The position numbers were made by a program, and so were the translations under genes. A stretch of 43,347 nt of DNA from positions 1-43,347 of the forward strand of contig JBGPRA010000001.1 of NCBI GenBank assembly GCA_041489375.1, in the 5' to 3' direction. The notes beneath the pieces were generated by a model. The model ran no database searches, had not been told where the DNA came from, and worked only from the letters and a program-made list of their open reading frames with translations. Positions 33,506 to 42,825 of the stretch are shown here, piece after piece (within the stretch, counting starts at the first letter, position 1; the number at the start of each line of letters is the position of its first letter). This stretch comes from Candidatus Bathyarchaeia archaeon (lineage in GTDB: Archaea; Thermoproteota; Bathyarchaeia; TCS64).

Positions 33506-34552
33506 CTAACCACGCTTTAACCGGTCAATCGACTCCACGGTGCTTGGGTCTTTTCCGTAGAGGAGGCCGAGGTAGGCGCTTACGAAGTCACCGAAGTAAA
33601 GGGCGCTGAGCATCCTAGCGAGCCTTCCTTCACCGCTAGCTTCGACCTCCAGCACTTTACCGAAGGAGGGCTTCATTATTTCTATTAATCGACGGGTCTT
33701 AGCTTTGAGGTGTTCAGTTTCAGCGGGGTCGAGGAGAAAAACGGCGCAGACTTTTTTCAGCAGCTCCTTATCTGCTTCGCTGGCGACTATGGCGTTATGG
33801 AATGCCTCTGGGATAAAGCTTGAGCCTGTAGGGCTCTTCCCATTCTCGTTTAATTGAGTGTTCCACCTATATGCAACAGCCTCGTGTATCCGGCTCCCGT
33901 AGATGAATGGGACATAGCCATATAGTTCAGTGGCGAGCTTTTTGGCGGGATTTGACCCTTGTGAAGCCTCAGGGCGGTTCTCCTCGCGTAGGACTTTTAG
34001 TACGTCGATGGCCTCTCTGACCTCCCACCAAGAGTCCTCTGCGATACCCACTTTCCGGGCAGCGACGACTAGTGAGAGGAACTGGTGGGCGATTGCAGCA
34101 CGAGGTTGGAACCCTGAGGGTAGCTTATAGACGGTGACATGATTAGCTCGCGCTCTCTTCTCCAGCTCGCCTCCCGACGTAAAGACTACAATCTTTGCTC
34201 CTCTTGCTTTCCCTTCTTCGAAAGCGCTCAGTGTCTCTTCGGTCTCACCCGAGTAGCTAACTGCGAAGAGAAGGGTATCCTTCCCGACGAATCCAGGAAT
34301 GGAGTAGTCGCGAGAGATCACTATTGGGACCTTTGTGGCCTGCTGGAGCCAGTCTCTGAGAAGAAGACCACCAATGGCAGAGCCCCCCATACCAGCTATT
34401 ACTAGATTCCTGAAGTGCCGGACCTTTAGTTTCACATTCTCAGCTAACACTATGGCTTCCTCAGCGCTCTCAGGGATGGCATTGATGACGCTGAGCATCC
34501 CGCGCAGGTCTATTTGATTTATTTTCTCTAGATCGTCTAGTAGGAGGCCCAT
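33506..34552 (-). CDS. Bifunctional phosphoglucose/phosphomannose isomerase (SIS domain, archaeal type)
   Basis: IAGMGGSAIGG and FAVSYSGETEETL SIS motifs. The ~350-aa length is typical of crenarchaeal-type PGI/PMI. Confidence 0.8.
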   Translation of the reverse strand: MGLLLDDLEKINQIDLRGMLSVINAIPESAEEAIVLAENVKLKVRHFRNLVIAGMGGSAIGGLLLRDWLQQATKVPIVISRDYSIPGFVGKDTLLFAVSYSGETEETLSAFEEGKARGAKIVVFTSGGELEKRARANHVTVYKLPSGFQPRAAIAHQFLSLVVAARKVGIAEDSWWEVREAIDVLKVLREENRPEASQGSNPAKKLATELYGYVPFIYGSRIHEAVAYRWNTQLNENGKSPTGSSFIPEAFHNAIVASEADKELLKKVCAVFLLDPAETEHLKAKTRRLIEIMKPSFGKVLEVEASGEGRLARMLSALYFGDFVSAYLGLLYGKDPSTVESIDRLKRG

Positions 34553-34602
34553 GGGAGTGAAATAGCTGGATGGTGGTTTAAACTTGGCTTATGGGCTGAA
34601 GC

Positions 34603-35859
34603 CTACGCGCATACCTTCTGAGCTAGAGCGGCATAGATCTCTATTGTCTTTAGGTAGTCGTCTACCTTGACATGTTCTATGGCTGTATGGGCGAAGCGCT
34701 CATCTCCAGGGCCGAAGCCTATTACGGGGATGCCGAGCCAGCTATAAAGACGCCCATCTGTTGCGAAGGTCCAAGTCTTCCTAGTTGGCGCCTTCCCGAG
34801 GATGTTCTTGATAACATTCTCTGCTTCCTCGACGACCGGAAATTTCTTCGAATCGGTGTAGAAGCCTGTGAAGCTTTTCTGCCCATTGATGAGCGGATTG
34901 GGCAGCACGCTTGCGTTAAACTCGGGATCCTTTATTGATTGGCTCTTAATTAGTGACTGTAGGTCGGAGTATAGCTGCTCCGCGGGGTAGTTAGGGGTGT
35001 TGCGGCAGTCGATGTAGAATCGGCACTCTTCTGGGACGACGTTGAAGGTACCGGGCTTGACCTCAATCATGGTAAGGGCGAGGCTTGATTTTCCATAGAG
35101 AGGGTCGGCGGGGATGTGGGGGATCAAATCGTTTCGGATAATCGTCATGAGGTCGATGGCTTTATAGAGGGCGTTTATACCCCTCTCGGGGGCGCTCGCG
35201 TGGCAACTTCTCCCTCTGACGACTACGCTCATTCTCATTGAGCCTCTGTGCCCGAGACATAGGTCCATGTTCGTCGCCTCACCGATGAGCACGACGTCGG
35301 CAAGGAACTGATCTCTTTCGATTGTGGACATAGTACCAGCTCCCGCGACCTCCTCTTGGGCGACTGCTGCGACTTTGTAGTCACCCTTAAGCAGTATACC
35401 TTCATCCCTGAGGTAGGCGCCCGCCATCACCATTGCAGCTACTCCTGCCTTCATATCGCAGGCGGCACGCCCATAGATGACTTCCCCCGGTGACCCGAAG
35501 AAGGAACCGTCCATCAGCCTCCCCGAGTAGGGTTCAATCATGTCTGCTGCTGGAACGTGATCTATATGCCCATTCATTAGGAGGCTACGCCCGCCGCCAG
35601 AGCCCTTCACCACCCCCATAGCGTCACCGAGAGCGTCGACCTTAGCCATATCGAAACCGGCGGCCCGCATCGCCTCTGCCACCTTCTCGCCACACGCCTT
35701 CTCACATCCACTCGGGCTCGGTGTTCTGATGAGCTCCTGGAGAAGCTTTACAGCCTCGTTTCGATTATCTTTCACCCAATCAGATACAGAACTAACCAAA
35801 TTATCACTAGAGGGAGAGGCGCGGGATCTAGTTAAAAGCGGTTCGAAGCTACTTAACAC
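34603..35859 (-). CDS. M20-family metallopeptidase (ArgE/DapE-like deacylase)
   Basis: LLMNGHIDHVPA, GRAACDMKAG and QEEVAGAG motifs. Confidence 0.8.
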   Translation of the reverse strand: MLSSFEPLLTRSRASPSSDNLVSSVSDWVKDNRNEAVKLLQELIRTPSPSGCEKACGEKVAEAMRAAGFDMAKVDALGDAMGVVKGSGGGRSLLMNGHIDHVPAADMIEPYSGRLMDGSFFGSPGEVIYGRAACDMKAGVAAMVMAGAYLRDEGILLKGDYKVAAVAQEEVAGAGTMSTIERDQFLADVVLIGEATNMDLCLGHRGSMRMSVVVRGRSCHASAPERGINALYKAIDLMTIIRNDLIPHIPADPLYGKSSLALTMIEVKPGTFNVVPEECRFYIDCRNTPNYPAEQLYSDLQSLIKSQSIKDPEFNASVLPNPLINGQKSFTGFYTDSKKFPVVEEAENVIKNILGKAPTRKTWTFATDGRLYSWLGIPVIGFGPGDERFAHTAIEHVKVDDYLKTIEIYAALAQKVCA

Positions 35860-35905
35860 AATAATAACGTGCGCGAAATTAGCTAAATATACGGTTGTTG
35901 ATACA

Positions 35906-36160
35906 CTACTTATTGAGGTATAGGGGGTCTTCCTTGACTGTGATAGCGTCCGCCGGGCAGGGTGCGACGCAACTCATACAGCAGACGCAGTCTTTCATGT
36001 GTGCCACATCAATTCGATCTCCCGTATCCTCGTAGACTCCCCATGGACAGATGCTTAGGCATGTCTTACAATAGACGCATTTATCATAGTCGATTGTGAC
36101 CTTGTGCAACCGTAACGCCTCCCCTCGGAGATGGCGCTGAGGCATATAAAAATACATCAC
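35906..36160 (-). CDS. 2x[4Fe-4S] ferredoxin
   Basis: CVYCKTCLSICP and CVCCMSCVAPCP cluster motifs. The start may be the internal MPQRHL. Confidence 0.8.
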   Translation of the reverse strand: MMYFYMPQRHLRGEALRLHKVTIDYDKCVYCKTCLSICPWGVYEDTGDRIDVAHMKDCVCCMSCVAPCPADAITVKEDPLYLNK

Positions 36161-36262
36161 GGTAACGATTGCAACGAGTCTATTTCTTCAAGCTTTGAGT
36201 AGAACGAGTAAGCGGTTAAATCTCCGAACCACTAACAAGACACCATCGTTGGAGGAGACGAA

Positions 36263-37642
36263 ATGAGAAGAGCCCACCCGTATTTACCCAATAGTGTACC
36301 CAAGATTAAGAAGAAGATGATGGATGAGATCGGCGTTAAATCAATCGACGACCTCTACGTCAATATTCCCGAGAAACTTAGATTCAAAGGCGAGTTGCAG
36401 GTCCCTGGTCCGTATACTGAGCAGGAAGTAAAAAAGCTCGTTTCAACCACCCTTGAGAGGAATACCCCCCTCAAGTGTCCACCATTCCTCGGTGGGGGTG
36501 TCTGGCCTCACTACGTCCCGAGTGTCGTTGATGAGGTAGTGCATCGCGCCGAGTTTCTCACAAGTTACACACCCTACCAGCCTGAGATAAGCCAAGGCAT
36601 TTTACAATCCATCTTCGAGTACCAGAGTCTCATCTGTGAGCTTGTTGAGATGGCGGTGGCGAACGCGTCTATGTATGATTGGTCGAGCGCCCTAGGCGAA
36701 GCCGCCTTATTGGCTAAGAGGCTCAATCATAGAGACTTAATCCTAGTCCCAAGCCACATTAGTCCCAGCCGCCTCGCTGTTTTAAAGACTTACACACGTC
36801 CCGCCGGGATGCGTGTCGAGAAGGTCAACTACGATTCCACAACGGGCATGATGGATCTGGAGGACCTTAAAGCAAAAGTAGGGGAGAAAACCGCAGCGGT
36901 CTACGTTGAGACACCCAGCTACCTTGGCTTTTCCGAGGAGAATGTCGAGGTCATCGGTGAGATAGCCCACGAGAATAAGGCTATCTACATAGCTGGAGTT
37001 GACCCGATCAGCCTCGGAGTCCTCAAGGCTCCAGGAAGCTATGGCGCTGACGTCGTCGTAGGTGAAGGGCAGCCCCTCGGCAACCACATGAGCTACGGTG
37101 GTCCTCTTCTCGGTATCTTCGCATGTAACCACGACAATGCTATAATCCGTCAGATGCCTGGACGCATAATCGGCATAACGGATACGATAGCTGACAAACG
37201 ACGGGCTTTCGTAATGACTCTACAGACCCGCGAGCAGCATATACGCCGCGAGAAAGCAACGAGCAACATCTGCAGCAACCAGGCTCTTTGCAGTGTCGCA
37301 AGTGCAGTTTACCTAAGTTTACTCGGTCCTAACGGCCTAAGGGACTTAGCTGAAACATGCACTAGTAGGGCAAACTATTCGATGCACCGTATTAATGACC
37401 TAGCTGGCGTCAAGGCGCCGATCTTCAACGCCTATCATTTCAAGGAGTTCACCGTTAAGTATGAGAAGAAAAAGGCATCAGAAGTAAACAAAGTACTCCT
37501 CGCCCACGGCTACCAGGGAGGAAAGCCATTAAAACCGGACTTTCCAGAGCTCGGAGAGTCCGCTCTATTCTGCGTCACCGAGATGCATACGAAGGAGGAT
37601 ATAGATGGCCTAGTGACCGCTCTGAAGGAGGCAACCCAGTGA
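36263..37642 (+). CDS. gcvPA: Glycine dehydrogenase (decarboxylating) subunit 1
   Basis: HPYLPNSVPKIKKKMMDEIGVKSIDDLY N-terminus and TSYTPYQPEISQG block. Followed by subunit 2 with overlapping stop and start. Confidence 0.92.
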   Translation: MRRAHPYLPNSVPKIKKKMMDEIGVKSIDDLYVNIPEKLRFKGELQVPGPYTEQEVKKLVSTTLERNTPLKCPPFLGGGVWPHYVPSVVDEVVHRAEFLTSYTPYQPEISQGILQSIFEYQSLICELVEMAVANASMYDWSSALGEAALLAKRLNHRDLILVPSHISPSRLAVLKTYTRPAGMRVEKVNYDSTTGMMDLEDLKAKVGEKTAAVYVETPSYLGFSEENVEVIGEIAHENKAIYIAGVDPISLGVLKAPGSYGADVVVGEGQPLGNHMSYGGPLLGIFACNHDNAIIRQMPGRIIGITDTIADKRRAFVMTLQTREQHIRREKATSNICSNQALCSVASAVYLSLLGPNGLRDLAETCTSRANYSMHRINDLAGVKAPIFNAYHFKEFTVKYEKKKASEVNKVLLAHGYQGGKPLKPDFPELGESALFCVTEMHTKEDIDGLVTALKEATQ

Positions 37643-39177
37643 TGACTGTACGAAAGTTCAGGCAGGCAGACTGGGAAGAGCCCCTCGTCTTCGAGCTAAG
37701 CCATGAGGGAAGGTATGGCTTCCATCCACCCGAGGTTGAGGAGGAGATCAGGGATAAGATCAACGTTGAACGACTTATTCCTAAGAAGATAGCACGTGCA
37801 ATGCCAGCGGGACTCCCCGAGGTCAGCGAAATGGAGATCCTGCGCCACTACATCCACCTAAGCCAGATGAACTATGGAGTAAATTCCGGCCTCATCTATC
37901 CGCTTGGCAGCTGCACCATGAAGTACAACCCAATAATCAACGAGGTTCTTGCAGGCCACCCCATGTTAACAGGCGCCCACCCCGACCAGGACACATCAAC
38001 GGTCCAGGGAATCCTCGAATTTCTCTACAAGTTAAAGCAGGGCTACCTCTCCGTGACGGGGATGGATGACGCTACTCTCCAGCCTGCGGCCGGCGCCCAT
38101 GGAGAGTGGACGGGAATTATGCTAATACGCGCTTACCACCAGGAACACGGCGATCTCGCCCAACGTACCGAGATCATAGTTCCAGACAGCGCTCACGGCA
38201 CAAACCCTGCATCAGCAGCGATGGCTGGCTTCAAGATCATCGAGGTTCCAAGCGGTCCCGACGGCTGTATTAACCTCGATGCCCTTAGAGCAGTCGTCGG
38301 ACCGCAGACTGCGGGGCTGATGCTCACCAATCCTAACACTCTGGGATTGTTTGACCACCAGATCGCTGATATAGCTGAGATTATCCACAAGGCGGGCGGC
38401 CTAATGTACTACGATGGCGCAAACCTTAACGCCATCATGGGTAAATGTCGTCCAGGCGACATGGGCTTCGACGTTGTCCACGTCAACTTACACAAAACAT
38501 TCAGCACGCCTCATGGTGGAGGGGGCCCTGGAAGCGGCCCAGTCGGCTGCAAGTCCATCCTCGCCAAGTATCTACCTGTTCCGGACATCGTCTACAAAGA
38601 AGGAAAATATTCTCTCAGCTATAACAAACCCCAGAGCATAGGCAAGGTACACGGCTACTATGGGAACGTTAACGTAATGCTAAAGGCTTACACCTATATG
38701 CTGACAATGGGCCCAAACGGTCTCAAGGAGGCTTCAGAGCTCAGCGTTCTCAACGCCAACTACATTGCCAGGAAGCTAAAGGACACGAAGGGGCTCAGCT
38801 TGCCATTCGCTCCGGAAAAGCCACGTATGCACGAGGTGGCCCTCAGTGCTCAAAAGCTTAACGAGGACACCAGTGTGAGGTCGCTGAATTTGGCGAAGAA
38901 CCTCCTTGACTACGGTCTACATGCGCCTACTATCTACTTCCCACTAATCGTCCCCGAGGCACTCATGGTGGAGCCAACTGAGACCGAGCCAGTTGAGGCC
39001 TTAGACGACTTCATCGACGTCGTGAAAAAGACTTGCGAGGTTGCCTACACTAATCCGCAAGAAGCCCTCAAGGCGCCTGTTAATACGGTCGTGGGGAAGC
39101 TCGATGAAGCGAAGGCAGCTCATCCGAAGACGATCTGCCTCAGCTGGCGTAGGCTCTGCCAACTTAATGAGGAATAG
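37639..39177 (+). CDS. gcvPB: Glycine dehydrogenase (decarboxylating) subunit 2
   Basis: SAHGTNPASA and the PLP-lysine block VNLHKTFSTPHGGGGPG. Confidence 0.92.
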   Translation: MMTVRKFRQADWEEPLVFELSHEGRYGFHPPEVEEEIRDKINVERLIPKKIARAMPAGLPEVSEMEILRHYIHLSQMNYGVNSGLIYPLGSCTMKYNPIINEVLAGHPMLTGAHPDQDTSTVQGILEFLYKLKQGYLSVTGMDDATLQPAAGAHGEWTGIMLIRAYHQEHGDLAQRTEIIVPDSAHGTNPASAAMAGFKIIEVPSGPDGCINLDALRAVVGPQTAGLMLTNPNTLGLFDHQIADIAEIIHKAGGLMYYDGANLNAIMGKCRPGDMGFDVVHVNLHKTFSTPHGGGGPGSGPVGCKSILAKYLPVPDIVYKEGKYSLSYNKPQSIGKVHGYYGNVNVMLKAYTYMLTMGPNGLKEASELSVLNANYIARKLKDTKGLSLPFAPEKPRMHEVALSAQKLNEDTSVRSLNLAKNLLDYGLHAPTIYFPLIVPEALMVEPTETEPVEALDDFIDVVKKTCEVAYTNPQEALKAPVNTVVGKLDEAKAAHPKTICLSWRRLCQLNEE

Positions 39178-39224
39178 GAACAGTTTTTATCTTTAGGGTG
39201 CAGATAGGCGGGTAAGGATAAAGG

Positions 39225-39743
39225 ATGCTGCCCGCCTTAGTCGCCCTTGAACTCGACTTCCTAAAGACGCCGCCATTCGCTACGTATTCAATCCTAGTTA
39301 TCGCTGTTGGTCTTGGCCTTATCACGAGTTTTGTGAATGCGAGGATGACGGATCTTAGTGCCTATAGGAAGATGATGCTGGATAGCGCTAAAGCGCAGCA
39401 CCAGATGATGGAGGCTGCGAAGAGTGGTAATCAGAGGGCGATTGACAAGGCGCAGAAGAAGCAGCAGGAGGTAATGGGGCAGCAGAGTAAGATGAGCATG
39501 GATAGGATGAAGATTAGCCTCTTCTTTATGATCCCGTTTCTCCTCATCTGGCAGTTACTAGGCAGCTTCTTTGGGAACATTATAATCGCCTACTTCCCGT
39601 TTGAGTTTCCATTCATTCCCAAAGAGCTCAGCGTAGCAAACTGGTACCTACTCTGCAGCTTTGCCTCCAGTGTCATCATCAGCCGCCTCCTCGGCCTTAC
39701 ATTCGAAATCGACCCCGAGGAGAGGACGTTAAAAGATGAGTAA
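39225..39743 (+). CDS. DUF106/EMC3-like membrane protein (archaeal Oxa1/YidC-superfamily insertase candidate)
   Basis: TM helix, then a coiled-coil segment (KMMLDSAKAQHQMMEAAKSGNQRAIDKAQKKQQEVMGQQSKM), then TM helices. It sits in the conserved position upstream of cmk. Confidence 0.75.
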   Translation: MLPALVALELDFLKTPPFATYSILVIAVGLGLITSFVNARMTDLSAYRKMMLDSAKAQHQMMEAAKSGNQRAIDKAQKKQQEVMGQQSKMSMDRMKISLFFMIPFLLIWQLLGSFFGNIIIAYFPFEFPFIPKELSVANWYLLCSFASSVIISRLLGLTFEIDPEERTLKDE

Positions 39744-40281
39744 GCGACGTTTAGTCATTACCGTCGCTGGTCCTCATGGCTCGGGAAGAACTACTCAGGC
39801 GAAACGTCTTGCTGATGATTTCAAGCTGCGCTATGTCTCAACTGGCACGCTCTTCAGGGAGAGAGCGCAACAGCTTGGAGTCTCTCTCGAGGAGATGACT
39901 CGTATAGCGGCAAGGGATGACTCGTTCGACAGGTTCCTCGACGACCGAGCCAAACAGGAGACTCGCAAGGGAAGAGTTGTGCTCGATGCAACCCTTTCAG
40001 GTTGTGTTGCGGAGAACCCAGACATACGAATCTACCTAACAGCTCCTCTCGACGTTCGGGTCCGCCGCATAGCGGAGAGAGAAGGGAGAGAGGTAAGTGA
40101 AGTTGAGATAGAGACACGCCTCCGAGAAGAGACAGAGGTTGATAGGTTCCGCCGCTACTACTCTTATGATTTAGCCAACCTCGCCATTTATGATGTCGTC
40201 CTAAATACAGCCCTCGCAGACGCGGATGGCGTCGCGAATATCCTTAAAAACGTAGTTGAAGCATATTTGGTAGAAAGGTGA
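39736..40281 (+). CDS. cmk: Cytidylate kinase, archaeal type
   Basis: P-loop ITVAGPHGSGRTTQAKRLA. About 180 aa. Overlaps the upstream gene by 8 nt. Confidence 0.9.
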   Translation: MSKRRLVITVAGPHGSGRTTQAKRLADDFKLRYVSTGTLFRERAQQLGVSLEEMTRIAARDDSFDRFLDDRAKQETRKGRVVLDATLSGCVAENPDIRIYLTAPLDVRVRRIAEREGREVSEVEIETRLREETEVDRFRRYYSYDLANLAIYDVVLNTALADADGVANILKNVVEAYLVER

Positions 40282-40520
40282 GTATTGTGCCAACATTTGA
40301 AGTCGGAAGGGTTTGTGTGAAGACGGCCGGTAGGGACACAGGTAAGCGCTGCGTCGTGGTTGACTTAATGGACAAAAACTTTGCCCTTGTTACGGGGCCG
40401 AAGTCTGTATCGGGTGTGCGCCGCCGGAGGGTGAATGTTAATCACCTTAAGCCTCTCGAGGAAAAGTTGACTATCGAGAAAGGTGCATCGGATGAGCAGA
40501 TCGCAGCGCTCCTCAAGTGA
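40278..40520 (+). CDS. rpl14e: 50S ribosomal protein L14e
   Basis: KOW-like FEVGRVCVKTAGRDTGKRCVVVDLMDKNFALVTGP. The GTG start overlaps the cmk stop (GTGA). Confidence 0.85.
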   Translation: MSIVPTFEVGRVCVKTAGRDTGKRCVVVDLMDKNFALVTGPKSVSGVRRRRVNVNHLKPLEEKLTIEKGASDEQIAALLK

Positions 40521-40539
40521 TTTCTTAGCCATTTCATAA

Positions 40540-40555
40540 TTTCATCAGGATGAAA
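40540..40555 (+). terminator. Perfect palindrome TTTCATC-AG-GATGAAA, 20 nt after the rpl14e stop
   Basis: Two 7-bp arms read directly from the sequence. The position is consistent with a 3'-end hairpin. Confidence 0.3.
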
Positions 40556-40629
40556 CTGTTCACTGGGTAGGCCACCTCGATAATATGGCTCTTGAGTTAC
40601 TATTATGCAAACTCGTGTGGCACGCGAGA

Positions 40630-40658
40630 AAAATCATCAGATTACGAAGGATGATTTT
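40630..40658. repeat. Inverted repeat AAAATCATC-N11-GATGATTTT
   Basis: Two 9-bp perfect arms at 40630-40638 and 40650-40658. It shares the CATC...GATG core with the palindrome at 40540. Confidence 0.4.
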
Positions 40659-40769
40659 CTACGCACATCGAATTAAATTGTTCCATCGATTTTGTTTCCT
40701 CAGATATTGTATAAAATAATTCGGCTCAGCTTAATTTATAATTTCACATTTATATTAGATGAATAAAAT

Positions 40770-40776
40770 AAAAAAA
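40770..40776 (-). terminator. T7 tract (minus strand) downstream of the small basic protein gene
   Basis: A7 on the plus strand at 40770-40776, about 20 nt beyond the minus-strand stop at 40798. Confidence 0.4.
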
Positions 40777-40797
40777 CTACGCTAAATAAAGACCCGA

Positions 40798-41049
40798 CTA
40801 CATCTTTTCGAGGTAGGCTACGTTGTTAACAACTGAAACCTCAATCTTGGAGTTCAGGTCTCGTGCGTCGATTCTCTTCTTCAGCTGGGTCCTCAGATAG
40901 TTGGCATCCTTACCGGTGACCTCAACTTTGACTAGAGCAGATTTTCCATTAAGGAACCTATCTATGATGGGGTCATATTTACTGCCTTTTCTATACTTCC
41001 TAGATGGCTTCTTTTCAACATCTACCAATTTGAATGGTATATCACTCAT
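40798..41049 (-). CDS. Small Lys/Arg-rich protein (83 aa), possible nucleic-acid-binding protein
   Basis: MSDIPFKLVDVEKKPSRKYRKGSKYDPIIDRFLNGKSALVKVEVTGKDANYLRTQLKKRIDARDLNSKIEVSVVNNVAYLEKM. An intact ORF set in AT-rich flanks. It does not resemble Alba, Sul7d or Cren7 sequences as I recall them. Confidence 0.55.
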   Translation of the reverse strand: MSDIPFKLVDVEKKPSRKYRKGSKYDPIIDRFLNGKSALVKVEVTGKDANYLRTQLKKRIDARDLNSKIEVSVVNNVAYLEKM

Positions 41050-41186
41050 TTTTTTCGCCTGTAAGAAAAGTGATCATATGAGTTATTAAATTTATTGTAT
41101 AACTACACTTTTCACAATTACTTCTAAGATGGTGGATAGTTTTTAAGTGCAAATTGGTAAAAACTAATGAAGTTCAGATGTGATGC

Positions 41187-42317
41187 TTATATTAGACACA
41201 CTTGTCTAATCGACTCTTTGAAGATTTTTACCCCTAGGTCAAGTTGTTTCAGGGTTATATATTCGTCAGGAGTGTGTGCTTGGTCTATGTTGCCGGGCCC
41301 GCAGATGATCGTGGGGATGCCGGCTGCTGTATAGCTAACTGCCTCGGTGTAGTATGGTGCGCCTGTTGGCTGCTTTTTCAGTATCTTAGTGAGTAGCCTG
41401 ACCACTTCACTGTCCTGTGGTACGTCGAGGGGTTTGCTCGTTGTAGCGTTTAGTATTTCCGCCTTGAATTCCGGGTCCCTAGCCTTACAGGCGTTGATGG
41501 CTTCTTTTATCCAGCCCTTGCTCACTGCGGGTTTATCGTGGCCGGGTATGAGTCGTGTGCTGAGGGTTAGTGTGCATTGGTCGGGGATTATGTTAGTCTT
41601 GAAGCCGCCGTTTATTAGAGTGCATTCGATCGTTGTTGGGCCAAGGAGTGGATGGGGTTTCTCGTTGAGGTTCCTCTGGAGCTTTCGTAGCTCCTGGAGA
41701 AGGTCGGATGCTTTGTTGATGGCGTTTATTCCGAGCTCGGGGCGGCTGCTGTGAGCTGCTTTACCGTGGACCATTATCTTCATGCTGCCGCCCCCCTTGT
41801 GGGCGCGTATGATCTCCATCATGCTTGGCTCGGGGATTATGCCAATCCTTGCGTCTCTTTTCGTTACCTTCCCTTCCTCGATTGCCTTAGTGACGTACCA
41901 GCCTCCTGTGTCCTCACCAGCTGTGAAGCTGAGAGTGAGCTGGCGCTTGTATCGCTCCTTGGAGAACGCCTTTGCGGCCTCGAGTATTGCGGCGTCGGGG
42001 CCCTTCATATCACAGGCTCCCCGCCCGTAGAGCCTTCCACTCTTCACGACGCCTTCGAATGGTGGGGTAATCTTCCATAGACTCAGGTCTCCAGCGAGAA
42101 CCACGTCGATGTGGCCGCTAAGTAGGAGGCCAGGTCCCTTTCCTTCGCCTATCTTACCTATGACGTTAGCGCGGTCCTTCTCAACGATCTGGAGCTCGGT
42201 GTTAGCGCCGATATCCTCAAGGTAGTCCTTTATCCACTTCGCAAGTGGGAGCTCTCTCGCTGGGGGACCGGATGTATCATATGAGATGAGGGTCTTCGCT
42301 GTCTCGACTACGGACAT
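41187..42317 (-). CDS. M20-family metallopeptidase (acetylornithine deacetylase/ArgE-LysK-like)
   Basis: LLLSGHIDVVLAGD, GRGACDMKGP and TAGEDTGG motifs. Confidence 0.8.
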   Translation of the reverse strand: MSVVETAKTLISYDTSGPPARELPLAKWIKDYLEDIGANTELQIVEKDRANVIGKIGEGKGPGLLLSGHIDVVLAGDLSLWKITPPFEGVVKSGRLYGRGACDMKGPDAAILEAAKAFSKERYKRQLTLSFTAGEDTGGWYVTKAIEEGKVTKRDARIGIIPEPSMMEIIRAHKGGGSMKIMVHGKAAHSSRPELGINAINKASDLLQELRKLQRNLNEKPHPLLGPTTIECTLINGGFKTNIIPDQCTLTLSTRLIPGHDKPAVSKGWIKEAINACKARDPEFKAEILNATTSKPLDVPQDSEVVRLLTKILKKQPTGAPYYTEAVSYTAAGIPTIICGPGNIDQAHTPDEYITLKQLDLGVKIFKESIRQVCLI

Positions 42318-42430
42318 GTCGTCTACTCATCGGGGCTAGATGTATTAGAAATTGGCGAAGTGTGTATGTAAGGATTCATTGATGGATGCCTATAAATGAT
42401 GAAAAGGCGGCTACGTCTCTAATGGGTGTG

Positions 42431-42447
42431 GCACACATTATGTGTGC
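42431..42447. promoter_or_regulatory. 17-bp palindrome GCACACAT-T-ATGTGTGC upstream of the ORF starting at 42466
   Basis: Perfect 8-bp arms that end 18 nt before the ATG at 42466. The position suits an operator. Confidence 0.3.
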
Positions 42448-42465
42448 TGGGAGGCTTGATTGATT

Positions 42466-42798
42466 ATGTCTGGGGAGAGACGCTGGGTGAAGAGTAGATT
42501 GACTGGTGAACATCGCATCGAGAGGATCGATACATCGACAAGTAGAGGCGAGGGTTACAGGGAATTCCTTGACGAAGTTGATAGCAGTGCTAAATGTGAA
42601 AAATGTGGGGGACTGCCATACGACATAGTGTTCAGCCACAACGGTGTACTATACAAGTTCTGCCTCTATAAGGTGGAAAAAGATGGGAAGATATTAGCCG
42701 AGACTGATTATGAGAAACTCCACGAGTACACCAAGAAGGGTGGAGAAATGATGAACATTAGAGAAATTAAAACTAAGACAAAGAAATTTTCAAGATAG
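42466..42798 (+). CDS. Hypothetical protein (about 110 aa) with a CxxC pair
   Basis: Uninterrupted ORF containing CEKCGG...FCLYK. Lower GC than core genes by eye. No family recognised. Confidence 0.4.
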   Translation: MSGERRWVKSRLTGEHRIERIDTSTSRGEGYREFLDEVDSSAKCEKCGGLPYDIVFSHNGVLYKFCLYKVEKDGKILAETDYEKLHEYTKKGGEMMNIREIKTKTKKFSR

Positions 42799-42825
42799 AT
42801 CGCGTGCGTAGATTAGGCTCTGGAT

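Noticed and set aside
40540-40660. C/D-box sRNA on the minus strand (two CTGATGA elements)
   Set aside because: The two box-C-like elements are about 95 nt apart. There is no properly spaced CTGA box D or D-prime/C-prime pair. Each element is simply half of a palindrome.
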